From positions 2,446,441-2,510,440 of the forward strand of contig OY968769.1 of the NCBI GenBank assembly GCA_963695345.1: DNA of 64,000 nt, read 5' to 3'. The stretch comes from an uncultured Methanomassiliicoccales archaeon. GTDB lineage: Archaea; Thermoplasmatota; Thermoplasmata; Methanomassiliicoccales; UBA472. Within the stretch, counting starts at the first letter, position 1, and every line of letters begins with the position of its first letter. A model generated the notes under the pieces. That model made no database searches, was not told the DNA's origin, and saw nothing but the letters and a program-made list of their open reading frames with translations. The translations under genes were made by a program, and so were the position numbers. This document shows positions 19,777 to 32,192 of the stretch, one piece after another.

Positions 19777-21897
19777 CCGCCGGCCTTAGCATGTCCATGA
19801 GCTCGTCCAGGTCATGCGTCGGTTTGAGACAGCTGCCGTTCTGGCACAGATAGGCGGTCGGTCTTCCCGTCGATAGGGACCTTGTCCCTCAGGCTGGAGA
19901 GGTTCTTGCACTCGGCCAGTTTCTTTTCCCGAACCGGATGGAGCATCACGATCGAATAGGGAAGGTAGATGGAATTGACCGCGTCTATCATCGCCTTTGT
20001 CCGTTTATCGCCCGGGTCGCCCGCTATGACCAGTACCTGGGCTGGCTTCAGCATCATCCTCAGCCCCATGATGAAGAAGGACAATGCGTCGGGGACCTTG
20101 GACAGGTAGAAATCGTAGTACCTGGCGGAGCTAGTCGCCGCCTCGAGCAGCTTCTGGTCGTCGATCATCGAGGAAAGCAAGGCAAGGTCATAGGCCATGA
20201 CCGAATTGGCCGAAGGCACGGCACCGTCGGATATCTCCTTGCTCAGATAGCACCAGGTCTTCCTTGGCCATGGAGTTGTAGAAGCCTCCCCTTTCGTCGC
20301 CGAACAGATCGATGGTCCTCCTCGTGTAATCGACCGCCCGGTTCAGGTAACGTACCTCGAAGGTGGCCTGGTAAAGCTCCAGCAGCCCCCAGATGTAGTA
20401 GGAATGGTCGGAGAGCATGCCGTTGACCCTCGCCTCCCCGTCACGGTACATATGGAACAGGCCGCCCTCCGGTGACGCCAGGAACCCTTCGATCGCATCC
20501 ACCGCCCGCTTGGCCGCCTGCAGGTAACGTTCCTGCCCGAAGGCCCTTCCCGCTTTGGCCAAGGCGGCGATCATGAGGCCGTTCCAATCGGTCAGGACCT
20601 TGTCGTCACGGGCCGGCCGGATCCGCAGCTCGCGGACCGCCTTCAGCCTTTCCACGCATGTTTCCAGGTAGTCGGTCAGCTCGGCCGGGCTCATGTCGAA
20701 CTTGGCCGCCAGGGTGGCAATGGTCGGCGGTCAGGTGCAGGAGGTTGCGATCGATGTCGCCCTCCCTGCCAGAACCGATGGTTCCCTCGGGATGCACATC
20801 GAAGCATTCCATGAAGATCTCGGGCCTCAGGTCCTTCAGCACATCCTCGATCTCTTCGTAGGTCCAGGTGTAGAACTTTCCTTCCACGCCCTCGCTGTCG
20901 GCATCCTCCGAGGCACAGAAGGCCCCCCTGCTCGGAAACCAGGTCCTTGAGGACATACTCGATCGTCGTCCTCTGCGACCTTCTTGAAATCGTCCTTGCC
21001 GGTGGCCTGATATGCCTCCACGTACGCGATGCAGATCAATGCCTGGTCATAGAGCATCTTTTCGAAATGAGGCATGATCCATTGTTCGTCGGTGGAATAT
21101 CGGTGGAATCCCCCTCCGATATGGTCATGGATGCCCCCCAAGCATCATGTTGGTGAGGGTCCAGTCGGCCATTCTCAGGGCTTCGGCATCACCGGTGTCA
21201 TGCCAATAGCGGAGAAGGAAGATGGATTTGTGCGGGATCGGGAACTTGGGCGACTTCTCGAATCCTCCGATACTTCTCCTCGTACGTCTTCTTCAAACCC
21301 CTAAAGGCATCATCCAGATAGTTGACGCTCGGCTCGCCCGGCCTGACGATCTCCATGGCGGCGATGTCCTTGACGATGGTCGAGGTGATGGATTGGATCT
21401 CTCCCTGCTCTTCCCTCCAGGCGGCGGAGATGGCATTCAGTACGGTGATTATATCCGACATTCCGAACTGTCCGTTCCTGCGGAATGTAGGTCGCGGCGA
21501 AGAAAGGTATCTTCTCCGGCGTCATTACGATGGTCAGCGGCCAACCTCCGCCTCCGGTCATGGCCTGGCATGCCTTCATGTAAAGCTCATCGATGTCCGG
21601 CCGCTCCTCCCGGTCGACCTTGATCGCCACATATTCCGCGTTGAGCGTTCTCGCGACCTCCTCGTCCTCGAACGACTCCCTCTCCATGACGTGACACCAA
21701 TGGCAGGCCGAATAGCCTATGGAAAGGAAGATCGGCCTTCCGGTCCGCTTCGCCTCCGAGAAGGCCTCCTCACCCCAAGGATACCAATCCACCGGGTTGT
21801 GGGAGTGCATGATGAGATATGGGCTCTTCTCGTTCACAAATGGTTGGAGTGTTGCGGCTTCGGCTCCATGGACTACCTTCAGGGGAAGATTCATCAA
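19757..21897 (-). CDS. thioredoxin-domain protein, YyaL/DUF255 + six-hairpin glycosidase-like (at least 5 frameshifts)
   Basis: N-terminus [46 protein letters not shown], later [25 protein letters not shown], and C-terminus [30 protein letters not shown] recovered in an alternate frame. Confidence 0.75.
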
Positions 21898-22491
21898 ATG
21901 AATAAATTAACCTATGTATGCTGGATGATAGAAAGAGTGATTGTTCTAGGTCAAATAATCTAAAAAGGTAGAGGTCACGTGGGACCTCATACCTCGGTTT
22001 AGAAGGCGTTTGGAGTTGGTTGGGCCGGTGGCTCACCGCTCCTATGCGATCCTCTCCTCCTAAGAAAGTCCGCTTTTCGTTACCTCGAACGATTGCCAGT
22101 CTATCTTCGTCGGCTGGCTAACAAAGCCAATGCGTTGGTCGATATTTATGCTTTTCCGGCTTTCTTGGGTCGATTGGATTATGTTGACGTGTTTTTATTT
22201 GAAATATTTTCAGATCTGGCTTGTGAATCTGTGGATGGATTAACCATCCCGTTATTCGATAATTATAGTTACTATAATATTAATGTGTGCATACGAACGA
22301 AGAAAAACGATCAGAGCATTTGGACGATATCCATTGGTTGTTCAAGGCATATTTTCCAGATGCGCGGTCCTGACATGGCCTCGGCCGCTCAGATCAGGAG
22401 TCAATCCCTCTCCGATCGTCCGCCTGATCTTCTTCAATCTCGCGACCGCATGAAGGGGATGTGCAGAGATGGACGCGGCTCGGTCATGAGC

Positions 22492-23946
22492 TCAGCGGGT
22501 CACTCTGTCAATCAGTTGCTTCTCCTTGTTATAGACCGAGATCTCCAGAGGCATCTGACCGACTGCGAAGTGGGTGGCGCACCCGAAGCAGGGGTCGTAG
22601 GCCCGGAAGGCCATCTCCACCTTGTTCAGTATGTTCTCGTCCACCTTTCCTCCGTGTATCAGGCCCTTGGCGGCATCGCGGATGCTCATGCAGATCGCCG
22701 GATAGTTGTTGGTGGTGGCGACGATCATGTTGACGTTCCTGCACCAGGGCGTTCTCGTCCAGCCGGTAGTGGTGGATGAGCGTTCCTCTGGCCGCCTCGA
22801 CGATGCCGACACCCTCGCCTGGCTCTCCCGGCTTGTTCCGTACGTCGGTGCTGGTGATCTCCGGGTCGCTCGCCAGTTCGACGGCGCGTTCGGCCGCGTA
22901 CAGCAGCTCGATGAGCCGGGCCCAGTGGAAGACCAGGGTGCCATGCGCCGGCTTGCCCAGCATCGCGAACATCCGCTCGTACTCCTGCCTGAGCCAGGGG
23001 TGTGGCCATCCCGTCCGCGGCGTTCAGCCGGCCAGGGGACCGACCCTGTAGATGCCATTGTCCGGTCCGTCGGTGAAGCCGTTCCACCCGACCTTCCGCA
23101 GGAAGGGGAACTTGGAGTAGGTCCACTCCTCCGAGCGCTCCTCGATATGCTCGGCGTAGTCGGCCGCCCCGAACCGGGAGAACTCCTTGCCTGAAGGGTC
23201 GACCACCCGGACCTCGCCATCGTAGAAGTTGACGCGGTTCTTCGCGTCCACCATTCCCATGTAATAGGTCCTCATGGTGTAGGCGTCGCTCTTGATCATG
23301 TCCAGGTACTTCGGGTTGTCCAGCACCAGGTCGTGGAACAGCTGCAGCGTGAACTGGGCGAAGTTCACCGAGGACTTGGCCATCTCCAGTATGGCGAGTC
23401 GGATCTCCTCGCTGAGCGGCTTGCTCATCCCGCCGGGCAGTCCGCTGACCGGATGGGTGGCCTTACCGCCGATGATCTCGGTGATCTTCTGGCCATAGGC
23501 GCGGTGCTTGATCACCTCCTTGGCGACGTCCAGCCCCGCCTTCTCGATCACGCCCAGGATGTTGCGCTTCTCCGCCGGCGCATCCGGTCCGACGATGAAG
23601 TCCGGTCCGCCCAGATAGTAGAAGTGCAGCGTATGGTCGTAGATGATGTAGCCCATGTACTGGAGCTCCCTCAGCTTCTTCGCGGCCGAAGGCGGAGTCG
23701 ACCTGGAACGCCGCGTCCAAGGCCTTGACCGAGGCGTAGATGGTGGGCCACCGGGCACACCCCGCATATCCTGGTGGTGATGATGGGCATGAGCTCGGCT
23801 GGGCGGCCGACGCAGAAGGCCTCGAAGCCCCTGAGCTCAGGGACCTTGAGGTATGCGTTCTCCACCTCACCATCGTCGTTGAGGAAGATGGACACGCTGC
23901 CGTGCCCTTCCAGCCTGGTGATCGGGTCGATGTTGATCTCCTTCAT
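22492..23946 (-). CDS. mvhA: [NiFe] hydrogenase large subunit, Mvh-type (about 3 frameshifts)
   Basis: N-terminus MKEINIDPITRLEGHGSVSI...RICGVCPVAHHL. Internal GLPGGMSKPLSEE. C-terminus DPCFGCATH, the proximal Ni-binding motif. Confidence 0.85.
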
Positions 23947-23949
23947 TCT

Positions 23950-24950
23950 TTCATCACCTTCCTTTGCAGGATGGACGCCGGCAGGCTGTACATGTAGAAT
24001 ATGCCCACCGGGTCCTTGATCTGCGATATGAGCTTGGTCGACTTCCTCGTCAGTGTACGTTCCCGGCTCCTTGTCCAGGTTCAGGATGGAGGCCAGTGCC
24101 GTGATCATTCCCGCTCCCATGTCGGGCTGGTTGGGCGCCGCACCGCCGCAGCCGGTGCAGGGCATGTCCACCTTGAGGCACTGGGCTCCGCAGCCGCTGC
24201 GGGTGGCCATCCCCATGCATATGATGCCCTGCTCCATCAGGCAGCGCTCCGGTTCCGGGGTGATCTCGTACACCCGGTGGATGCTGGAGATCTTCTTGTT
24301 CTCCCGCTTGCGGGGGCATTGGTCGCACACCGCCGGCAACGGCGCCAGGACCGAGCCCTTGGGAGGCAGTTCGTTCTTCACGATAGCTTCCAACGCCTTG
24401 TTGATGAGAACGACCGGCGGCGGGCAGCCAGGCAGGAAGTAGTCGACATCGACGGTCTGGTCCAGCGTCCTGACGGTATCGTAGAACATCGGAATGTCGA
24501 AGCGTACCCTCCTTCACGGCGGTCTCGGCTCGGGATAATGCGCCGTCGTCCGTGAACTTCGTTGCGAGTAGACCTGCTCCAGTATGCCCTTGGCATCGCT
24601 GAGGTTCGCCAGTCCGGGCACGGAACCCTCGTTGGCGCATGATCCGAAGGCGACCAGGGTCTGGGATTTGGAGCGGAGCAGCTTCGCCATGTGCTCCTGC
24701 TCGCTGTTCCGTATCGAGCCGTTGAAGAACGTGATGTCGATGTGACCGTCCGGCATCGCCTCGACGTCCTTGTACTTGACGTCCATCGCCACCGGCCAGA
24801 AGACGATGTCCACCGACCTTGACGACATCGAGAATCGTCTCGTTGATGTCCAGGACGGCTATCTCGCAGCCGCCGCAGCTGGCCGCCCAGTAGAACGCTA
24901 CTCCTCAGTTTCCGGTCGATGTTCACTCCCCCTCTTGTGCTCTCGTTCAT
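23950..24950 (-). CDS. mvhG: [NiFe] hydrogenase small subunit, Mvh-type (frameshifts; boundaries approximate)
   Basis: MNESTRGGVNIDRKLR then AFYWAASCGGCEIAVLDINE (N-terminal cluster Cys), DIVFWPVAMDVKY...LVAFGSCANEGSVPGL, and FYDTVRTLDQTVDVDYFLPGCPPP. Confidence 0.8.
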
Positions 24951-26299
24951 GAGATATTCGTGCATCGCCTTGGCAGCACGCTTCCCTGCCCCCATGGCAC
25001 TGATGACGGTGGCAGCACCGGTGGCCACGTCACCGCCGGCGAACACGCCCTTCAGGTTGGTCCGTCCCTCTGCATCGACGATGATGGTGCCGTTTCGCGG
25101 ATTGGTCACCAGCCCCTCGGTGGTGCGCTGGATGATGGGGTTCGGCGTCTGGCCGATGGCGACGATGACGGTATCGGCCGGGATCTCGAAATCCGAACAG
25201 ACAATGGGCTTGACACCCTGCCTGCCCCTGTTCGTCCGGTTCTGTCAGCTCCATGCAGGTGCATCTCATGGACTTGACCCAGCCCTTCTCGTCACCGTAG
25301 AACTCGATCGGGGCGCTGAGGAACTTGCACATCAACCCTTCCTCCTCGGCGTTCTCGATCTCCTCCCTCCTGGCTGGCAGCTCGTTCCGCGAACGCCGGT
25401 AGTTCAGGCAGACCGTCGCCCCTAGCCTCATGGATATGCGGGCGCAGTCCATGGCCACGTTCCCTCCGCCGATGACGACCACGTGCTTGCCGATGCGGAT
25501 CGGGGTGTCCTTTTCCGGGAAGTCGTAGGCCTTCATCAGGTTGACCCGGATGAGGAACTCGTTGGCCGAGTAGATGCCGCCCAGGTTCTCACCGGGGCAT
25601 CCGGTCCACTGCGGGAGGCCGGCCCCGCTGCCGATGAATATCGCATCGTAACCGTTCTCCAACAGTTCCGGGATGGTGTGTATCCTCCCGATGAGATTGC
25701 CCAGTCGCAGGTCCACCCCCAGCTTCTGCACGTACTCGATCTCCTTCTGGACGATCTCCTTGGGCAGACGGAACTCCGGGATGCCATAGCTGAGCACACC
25801 GCCGGCCACATGCAGCGCCTCGAACAACGTCACCTCATGACCTAGTCTTGCCAGGTCGGATGCTGCCGTCAATCCCGCCGGGCCGGCACCGATGACCGCC
25901 ACCTTCTTTCCGGTTGGAGGCACCTTCTCCGGGATCTGCACTCCATGCTCCCTCTCCCAGTCGGCCAGGAACCTCTCGAGGCGTCCGATGTTGACCGGAT
26001 CGCCCTTCTTGCCCTTAATGCACTTCATCTGGCACTGCTCCTCCTGCGGGCAGACGCGTCCGCAGACGGCGGGAAGGGCGTTCTTTGACTTTATGATCGC
26101 AATGCCTTCGGCGTACTTTCCCTCAAGGATGCAGTCGATGAACTCCGGGATAGGCACGTCCACGGGGCAGCCTTTCCGGCATTGGGGGTTCTTGCACTTG
26201 CAGGCACCGGGCCGCCTCTTTCAGGGCCATCTCCTCGGTGTAGCCAAGAGCGACCTCGCTGAAGTTCTTGACCCGCTCGTCAGGCTCCTGCCTCGGCAT
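24948..26299 (-). CDS. nfnB: glutamate-synthase-small-subunit-like NADPH oxidoreductase (SudA/NfnB homolog; frameshifts near 26190 and 25215)
   Basis: MPRQEPDERVKNFSEVALGYTEEMALKEAARCLQ..., then VAVIGAGPAGLTAASDLARLGHEVTLFEA, GGNVAMDCAR, and C-terminus VFAGGDVATGAATVISAMGAGKRAAKAMHEYL. Confidence 0.8.
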
Positions 26300-26351
26300 C
26301 GGCACGTCCTCGTCCGTCGTAGCCCGGGCGCGTCCTCTCTTCTTCTCAGGC

Positions 26352-27195
26352 TCAGTACCGTTCACACTTGCAGCCTCCGTTCGTTTCCCAAAGCATGGAA
26401 CTCAACCTCTCTTCCGGGAGCATGGTGCGCTGGCGTTTGATGAGCTCGTCGAAGTTGGTCTCGTGCCCGTCGAACTCGGGGCCATCCACGCAACCGAACA
26501 TCATCTTGTCGCCCACGGTCACACGGCAGACACCGCACATGCCCATGCCATCGATCATGATCGGGGTCAAGGTCACAATGGTCGGGATGCCGTAGGGGCT
26601 GGGTCATCTCGCTCACCTCTTTCATCATCACCACCGGTCCCATGACCACGCACCGGTCGAATCTCTCCGTCTGGAGGAGATCGTTCAGGAAAGCCAATCC
26701 CATTTTCCCCGCAGTCCCATCGTCCGAGGCGATGTGGACCTGATCGCTGTTTGCCATGGCCTCCTCCTTCATGAAAAGCAGATCGCTGCTCCTGCAGCCA
26801 AGGACCGTAGTCACATGGTTTCCTGCCGCCTTCAAGGCCTTGGCCTGAAGCAGCAACGGGGCGATCATTATGCTTCCGCCCACGCACAGCACCTTCCCGA
26901 AAGTTCCTGATCTCGGAAGGATTGCCCAACGGTCCGGTGACGTTGAACAGGCAGTCGCCCTGGTTGAACGTGCCCAGCTCCTTGGTGGTCTTGCCGACCT
27001 CATGGAAGGCGAATGAAACCGTTCCTTTCTCCGCGTCGTAATCACAGATGGTAAGGGGTACTCTCTCCCCTCCCGTTTTCGCTATGACGATCAGGAATTG
27101 CCCCGGCTGAGCTTTGGCGGCGATCTCCGGGGCCTCGACCTCGAACAGGGTCATCTTGTAGCTGAGCGCCTTTTGGACAATATCTTGTATGTCAT
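26352..27195 (-). CDS. nfnA: sulfide-dehydrogenase beta / NfnA-like FAD-[2Fe-2S] subunit (frameshifts, one in an AAAA homopolymer at about 27170)
   Basis: MTYKILSK then (frameshift) ALSYKMTLFEVEAPEIAAKAQPGQFLIVI...GKVLCVGGSIMIAPLL...GMGMCGVCRV...DGPEFDGHE. SD-like GGGAGG precedes the ATGATG start. Confidence 0.8.
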
Positions 27196-28410
27196 CATTC
27201 CGCCTCCCTTTGTAGCGGTATCTTTGGCATACGGCATGGTTGCGATCCTCTCGAAGAAAGCCTCGAACTTCTGGCTGAATTCGCCCTCACATCTCGGCGA
27301 GAGCTCGTGTATCTCGAACCGATCGAGCAATCCTGCTTCTTCAGAAAGGCTGTGAGGACCTCGAGCTGCCTTTCTGAGGTGTCTCTTCCCTGCTGGAGCT
27401 TGCAGTCCTTCGCCGAGCAGACTACCGCCATGACGCCGTCGAAGCCCTGCTCGAAGGCGCTAACCACCTGCACCGGGTCCATTCCCTTGAAGCAAGGTAC
27501 CTCCATGACAAGAGCGTTCTTCCCTTGGAGCATCTTCTCCGGATCGTCCAGAGCTGAGTACTCCGACCACTGGCAGCTGAGGATCAAGATGGCAGGTCTG
27601 CCGTCTCTGGCCCTTATCCTCTGTGCCGCGGCTCCATAGGATGCGATGAGATCTTTGAACTCATATCCTTTGACGTGGATGGCGTTGTGCGGACAGACCA
27701 GCTGACAGGCACCACAGCCCATGCATTTCTCGGCATCCGTGGAAGGCGTGGAGAACGGTTCTGACTTGATGGCTCCGTAGGGGCATACGAACACGCATTT
27801 GCCGCAACCGACGCACTCACTGTTGTTCCTGACCACCTTTCGAGAATACTTCACGACCTTCAGCGCATCATCGGGATAGCCGAGCTGCTTGATGACCGCC
27901 TCGCCAAGTAGCATGCGCCTTGTCCCGATCCCGGTGCCTTCCTTCATACGGCAGAATCCGTCATGGCACTGGATAGAGATGATGTTCTTCACGCCCGACT
28001 TCAGGGCATTGAAAATGAAATCCGTCGGGATCCTTCCGGCGCATGGGATGCGCAAGGGCAGATAACCCTCCACCTTCAGGCCCCTGTCCGGCAAGGATGT
28101 CCTCGACCTCGCCGCTGCTGGGCGAGTTGCCCCTGCACATCATAACCAGCGTATCCGCGCATAGGTTCTTTCGTGCCGATATGACGTAATCGAGCAGGTC
28201 CCCATAATCGTAGTATGACATCTCGATGGCCGAGACGGGACAGGCACTATAGCATATCCCGCAGACCTGACACTTTTGGATGTCTATGCTCAGTTTACCG
28301 CCATCGGGCTGACGGTCAATGGCCTCGAACGGACAAAGCGAGAAGCAAACCGTGCATCGGCTACAGAGGTCTTGGTCAATTCTAACGGCTGCAAGGCAGT
28401 TATCGTTCAT
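27195..28410 (-). CDS. mvhD: polyferredoxin with two MvhD/FlpD-like domains (hydrogenase iron-sulfur subunit family; frameshift near 28080)
   Basis: Four CxxCxxCxxxCP ferredoxin motifs (CSRCTVCFSLCP, CQVCGICYSACP, CVGCGKCVFVCP, CMGCGACQLVCP). These are interleaved with two MvhD-like Cys-containing modules (LRIPCAGRIP...IQCHDGFC and ILSCQWSEY...EVPCFKG...VVCSAKDC). A TGATGA double stop overlaps the nfnA start. Confidence 0.7.
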
Positions 28411-28780
28411 ACCTGATATCCCCCTCAGGGTCGAAGAAATTCTGTGGCCGGGACATGTAATCCAGACCGTAGAGGGCGCATAGACATCAACTTATTTATT
28501 GGATAGCTTTGGTCCATCCGCCGTTCACTGCAAAAGAGTCCTCGCGGAATCTTTACAGTAGCAGAGGTTGGATAATGGGTAGATTATATAATGAGTACTA
28601 TCGAAGGTTCGTGAATGGTTTAGGTTACATTATTATGTGTCGAAATATTTCCTGGATATGGTAATAAAAATATATGCGTGGCTAAAATTAAATAGACGCA
28701 TAAACATTAATTATATGAAAATTGAGACATCTATCGCGTAATTGCCGTAAGGAATCATTCAAAGCACCGTTTTTGAATAG

Positions 28781-28792
28781 ATATTATATAAG
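28781..28792 (+). promoter_or_regulatory. putative archaeal TATA box for gdhA
   Basis: atattatataag sits about 40 bp upstream of the gdhA ATG, within an AT-rich divergent intergenic region. Confidence 0.3.
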
Positions 28793-28829
28793 AAAAATTC
28801 CATTCCGAATCTTGTAGGAGCGTCATTAG

Positions 28830-30169
<1,340 letters not shown>

Positions 30170-30203
30170 ACAGTATGTTTAGATGATCAGCGCACAAAGC
30201 TTG

Positions 30204-30262
30204 TCCCGCCCCGCTCAGACATAATCGGTCTAGGGCGGGCCGAGCCCCTTATTCATTTTTTG
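30204..30262 (+). terminator. GC hairpin (cccgccc...gggcggg) followed by T-run, candidate gdhA terminator
   Basis: Inverted repeat at 30204-30239, then tcatttttt at 30253-30261. Confidence 0.3.
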
Positions 30263-30518
30263 ACAATTTGAACTATGGGGAGATCCCTTTGATCTCGCTG
30301 GCCTTCCGTCGATCGGCAGATGATCCGATAGGGCCTCACCGCCAAACCTCATTCGTGTCTTGACGTTCTGCCTAATGGATCCATCCCCAAACTGGCCAGG
30401 TCCATCTTATATGGAATGTGCCCGTCAGCAACCATTGGGATACGATGCCTGCACAAATATCAGGACGACATTTTAATAGTCTAGCTAATACTATACACCT
30501 AGCCGAGGAGGGTTCACC

Positions 30519-31052
30519 ATGCCAGACATCAGGCAGAAGGTTGAGGAAGACCGGGGGCTGATCAAGAAGATCCAGCTGATGGTCCCAGGATATCGCGGAT
30601 ACAGGCTCAGGGACGACCTTAGGGACTCGGACAAGATCCTGAGGGTCGAGCTCGGGAAGCGACTGGCGCTTCAGCGCAAGGAACTGGAGGAGTTCCGGCA
30701 GACGATGGTCACGAACAATCCCATGTCGAAGAACCTTCAGCCGATCGGCGGCATCATCAACCAGTACAAGAAGGTCGAGGGCCTGATGGCCCATGGCGAA
30801 TCGGGATACTCGGGCATCTCGGCGGACATCCGCATCGGCGTACCGGAGCTGAACAGCTCTACGAGTACGATGCCGGAATGGTCGAGAGCATCAATTTCAT
30901 CGAGCAATCCATCGGATTGCTGCGGAGCGGCCGTGGACGACAAGGACGATTTCAAGGTCGCCGAGCATCTCAAGAACGTCAAGATGCGCATCACCGGTTT
31001 CGAGGAGAAGTTCGCCAAGCGCATCTCCACCATCCAGGGAATAGGAGTGTGA
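30519..31052 (+). CDS. hypothetical charged, helix-rich cytosolic protein (first gene of the SPFH/ZnR/LemA/TPM cluster)
   Basis: 177-aa ORF rich in predicted helices (LIKKIQLM...RVELGKRLALQRKELEEFRQTM; KMRITGFEEKFAKRI). A stretch around 30850-30930 reads more protein-like in the +1 frame (QLYEYDAGMVESINFIEQSIGLLRS), suggesting a compensating frameshift pair. Confidence 0.45.
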   Translation: MPDIRQKVEEDRGLIKKIQLMVPGYRGYRLRDDLRDSDKILRVELGKRLALQRKELEEFRQTMVTNNPMSKNLQPIGGIINQYKKVEGLMAHGESGYSGISADIRIGVPELNSSTSTMPEWSRASISSSNPSDCCGAAVDDKDDFKVAEHLKNVKMRITGFEEKFAKRISTIQGIGV

Positions 31053-31058
31053 TTCTGA

Positions 31059-32182
31059 ATGAGCTTAATCGGCGCGGACACCTTCAAGTGGGAGGACCAG
31101 GACAAGCGTCTCAACATCATGTTCCGCATGAACCGGAACATCAAGTATGGCGACAACGTCGTGGTCCGGGAGGACGAGATCGCCGCGTTCTACCGGGACG
31201 GAAAGGTCCTGACCTACATGGACCGGCCGGACCGGTACGCGCTCACCGACCTGAACGCCCCCATCGTGGGCAAGCTGGTCAAGGCCTTGTCCGGTGCGCA
31301 GCAGCAGGCCGAGGTCATCTACCTGCAGAAACGCGCCTTCGACGGCAAGTTCGGCTCCAAGCAGCCGTTCCAGTTCCGGGACAAGGAGTTCGGGATGGTC
31401 AACCTCCGGGTGTTCGGCGAGTTCCGTTACAAGGTCTCGAACCCGGAGAACTTCGTGAACCAGTTCGTCGGTACGCTCAACTTCGCCACCAGCGCCGAGA
31501 TCGAGGAGCGCATCAAGGAGCAGATGGTGCTCCTGATCTACTCCGCCATCGGCGACATGAAGAACCAGGGCATGGGAGTGGCGGATCTGGCCAGCAGCCT
31601 GACGAACATCGAGCAGGTGGTCCTGTCCAAGACCAACGACCATTTCGACCTCTACGGCGTCGGCATCGACAAGATATCTGGACTGTACATCTCCCTGCCG
31701 GATGAGGTGCAGAAGGCGGTGGACACCCGGGCATCCATGCAGATAACCGGCACCAACTATGCCCAGTACCAGAGCGGACAGGCCATGCGGGAGGCGGCCT
31801 CGAACCCCGCGGGAGGGGCGGCCGCGGCCGGTGTCGGCGTCGGCGCCGGTATCGGCATGGGCTACACCATGGTCGATTCGATGAGGAGCGCACAGCAGCA
31901 GCCCGCACCGGGAGCGGCAGCCGCCGGCACCGCAGCAGGTCCTGCTCTGCCCCAAGTGCGGGGCAACGAACAACGTCGGTGCGAAGTTCTGCAACTCATG
32001 CGGAACGAAGCTCACGGTCGAGACGGTCCCCTGCCCCAAGTGCGGCAGCAATGTGAACATCGATGCCAAGTTCTGCCCCGAGTGCGGCAACGCGATGAAG
32101 GCAACCAAGAAGTGCCCCAAGTGCGGCACCGAATCCGCCGCGAACGGCAAAGTTCTGCCCCGAGTGCGGAACCACCTTCTGA
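31059..32182 (+). CDS. SPFH/Band-7 family protein (YdjI-like) with Gly/Ala-rich linker and three C-terminal zinc ribbons (2 frameshifts)
   Basis: FRDKEFGMVNLRVFGEFRYKVSNPENF and ISLPDEVQKAVDTRASMQITGTNYAQYQSGQAMREAA match the YdjI-type SPFH family. Then (GA)n, then three CPKCG...AKFC(N/P)xCG ribbons ending TTF*. Confidence 0.75.
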
Positions 32183-32192
32183 GGGCGTACTG

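Noticed and set aside
22093-23220. ORFs 22093..22779 (+), 22461..22733 (+) and 22725..23126 (-) over the mvhA region
   Set aside because: Wrong-frame or antisense. The ORF 22492..23220 itself is non-coding over most of its length; its protein-like C-terminal end is the mvhA tail. Real mvhA sequence is distributed over several minus-strand frames because of frameshifts.
30519-31052. Considered calling the first gene of the cluster a PspA/IM30 or ESCRT-III homolog
   Set aside because: It is helix-rich and in the right genomic position, but I could not align the conserved PspA N-terminal helix or ESCRT-III core by eye. Left as a hypothetical protein pending profile-profile search.
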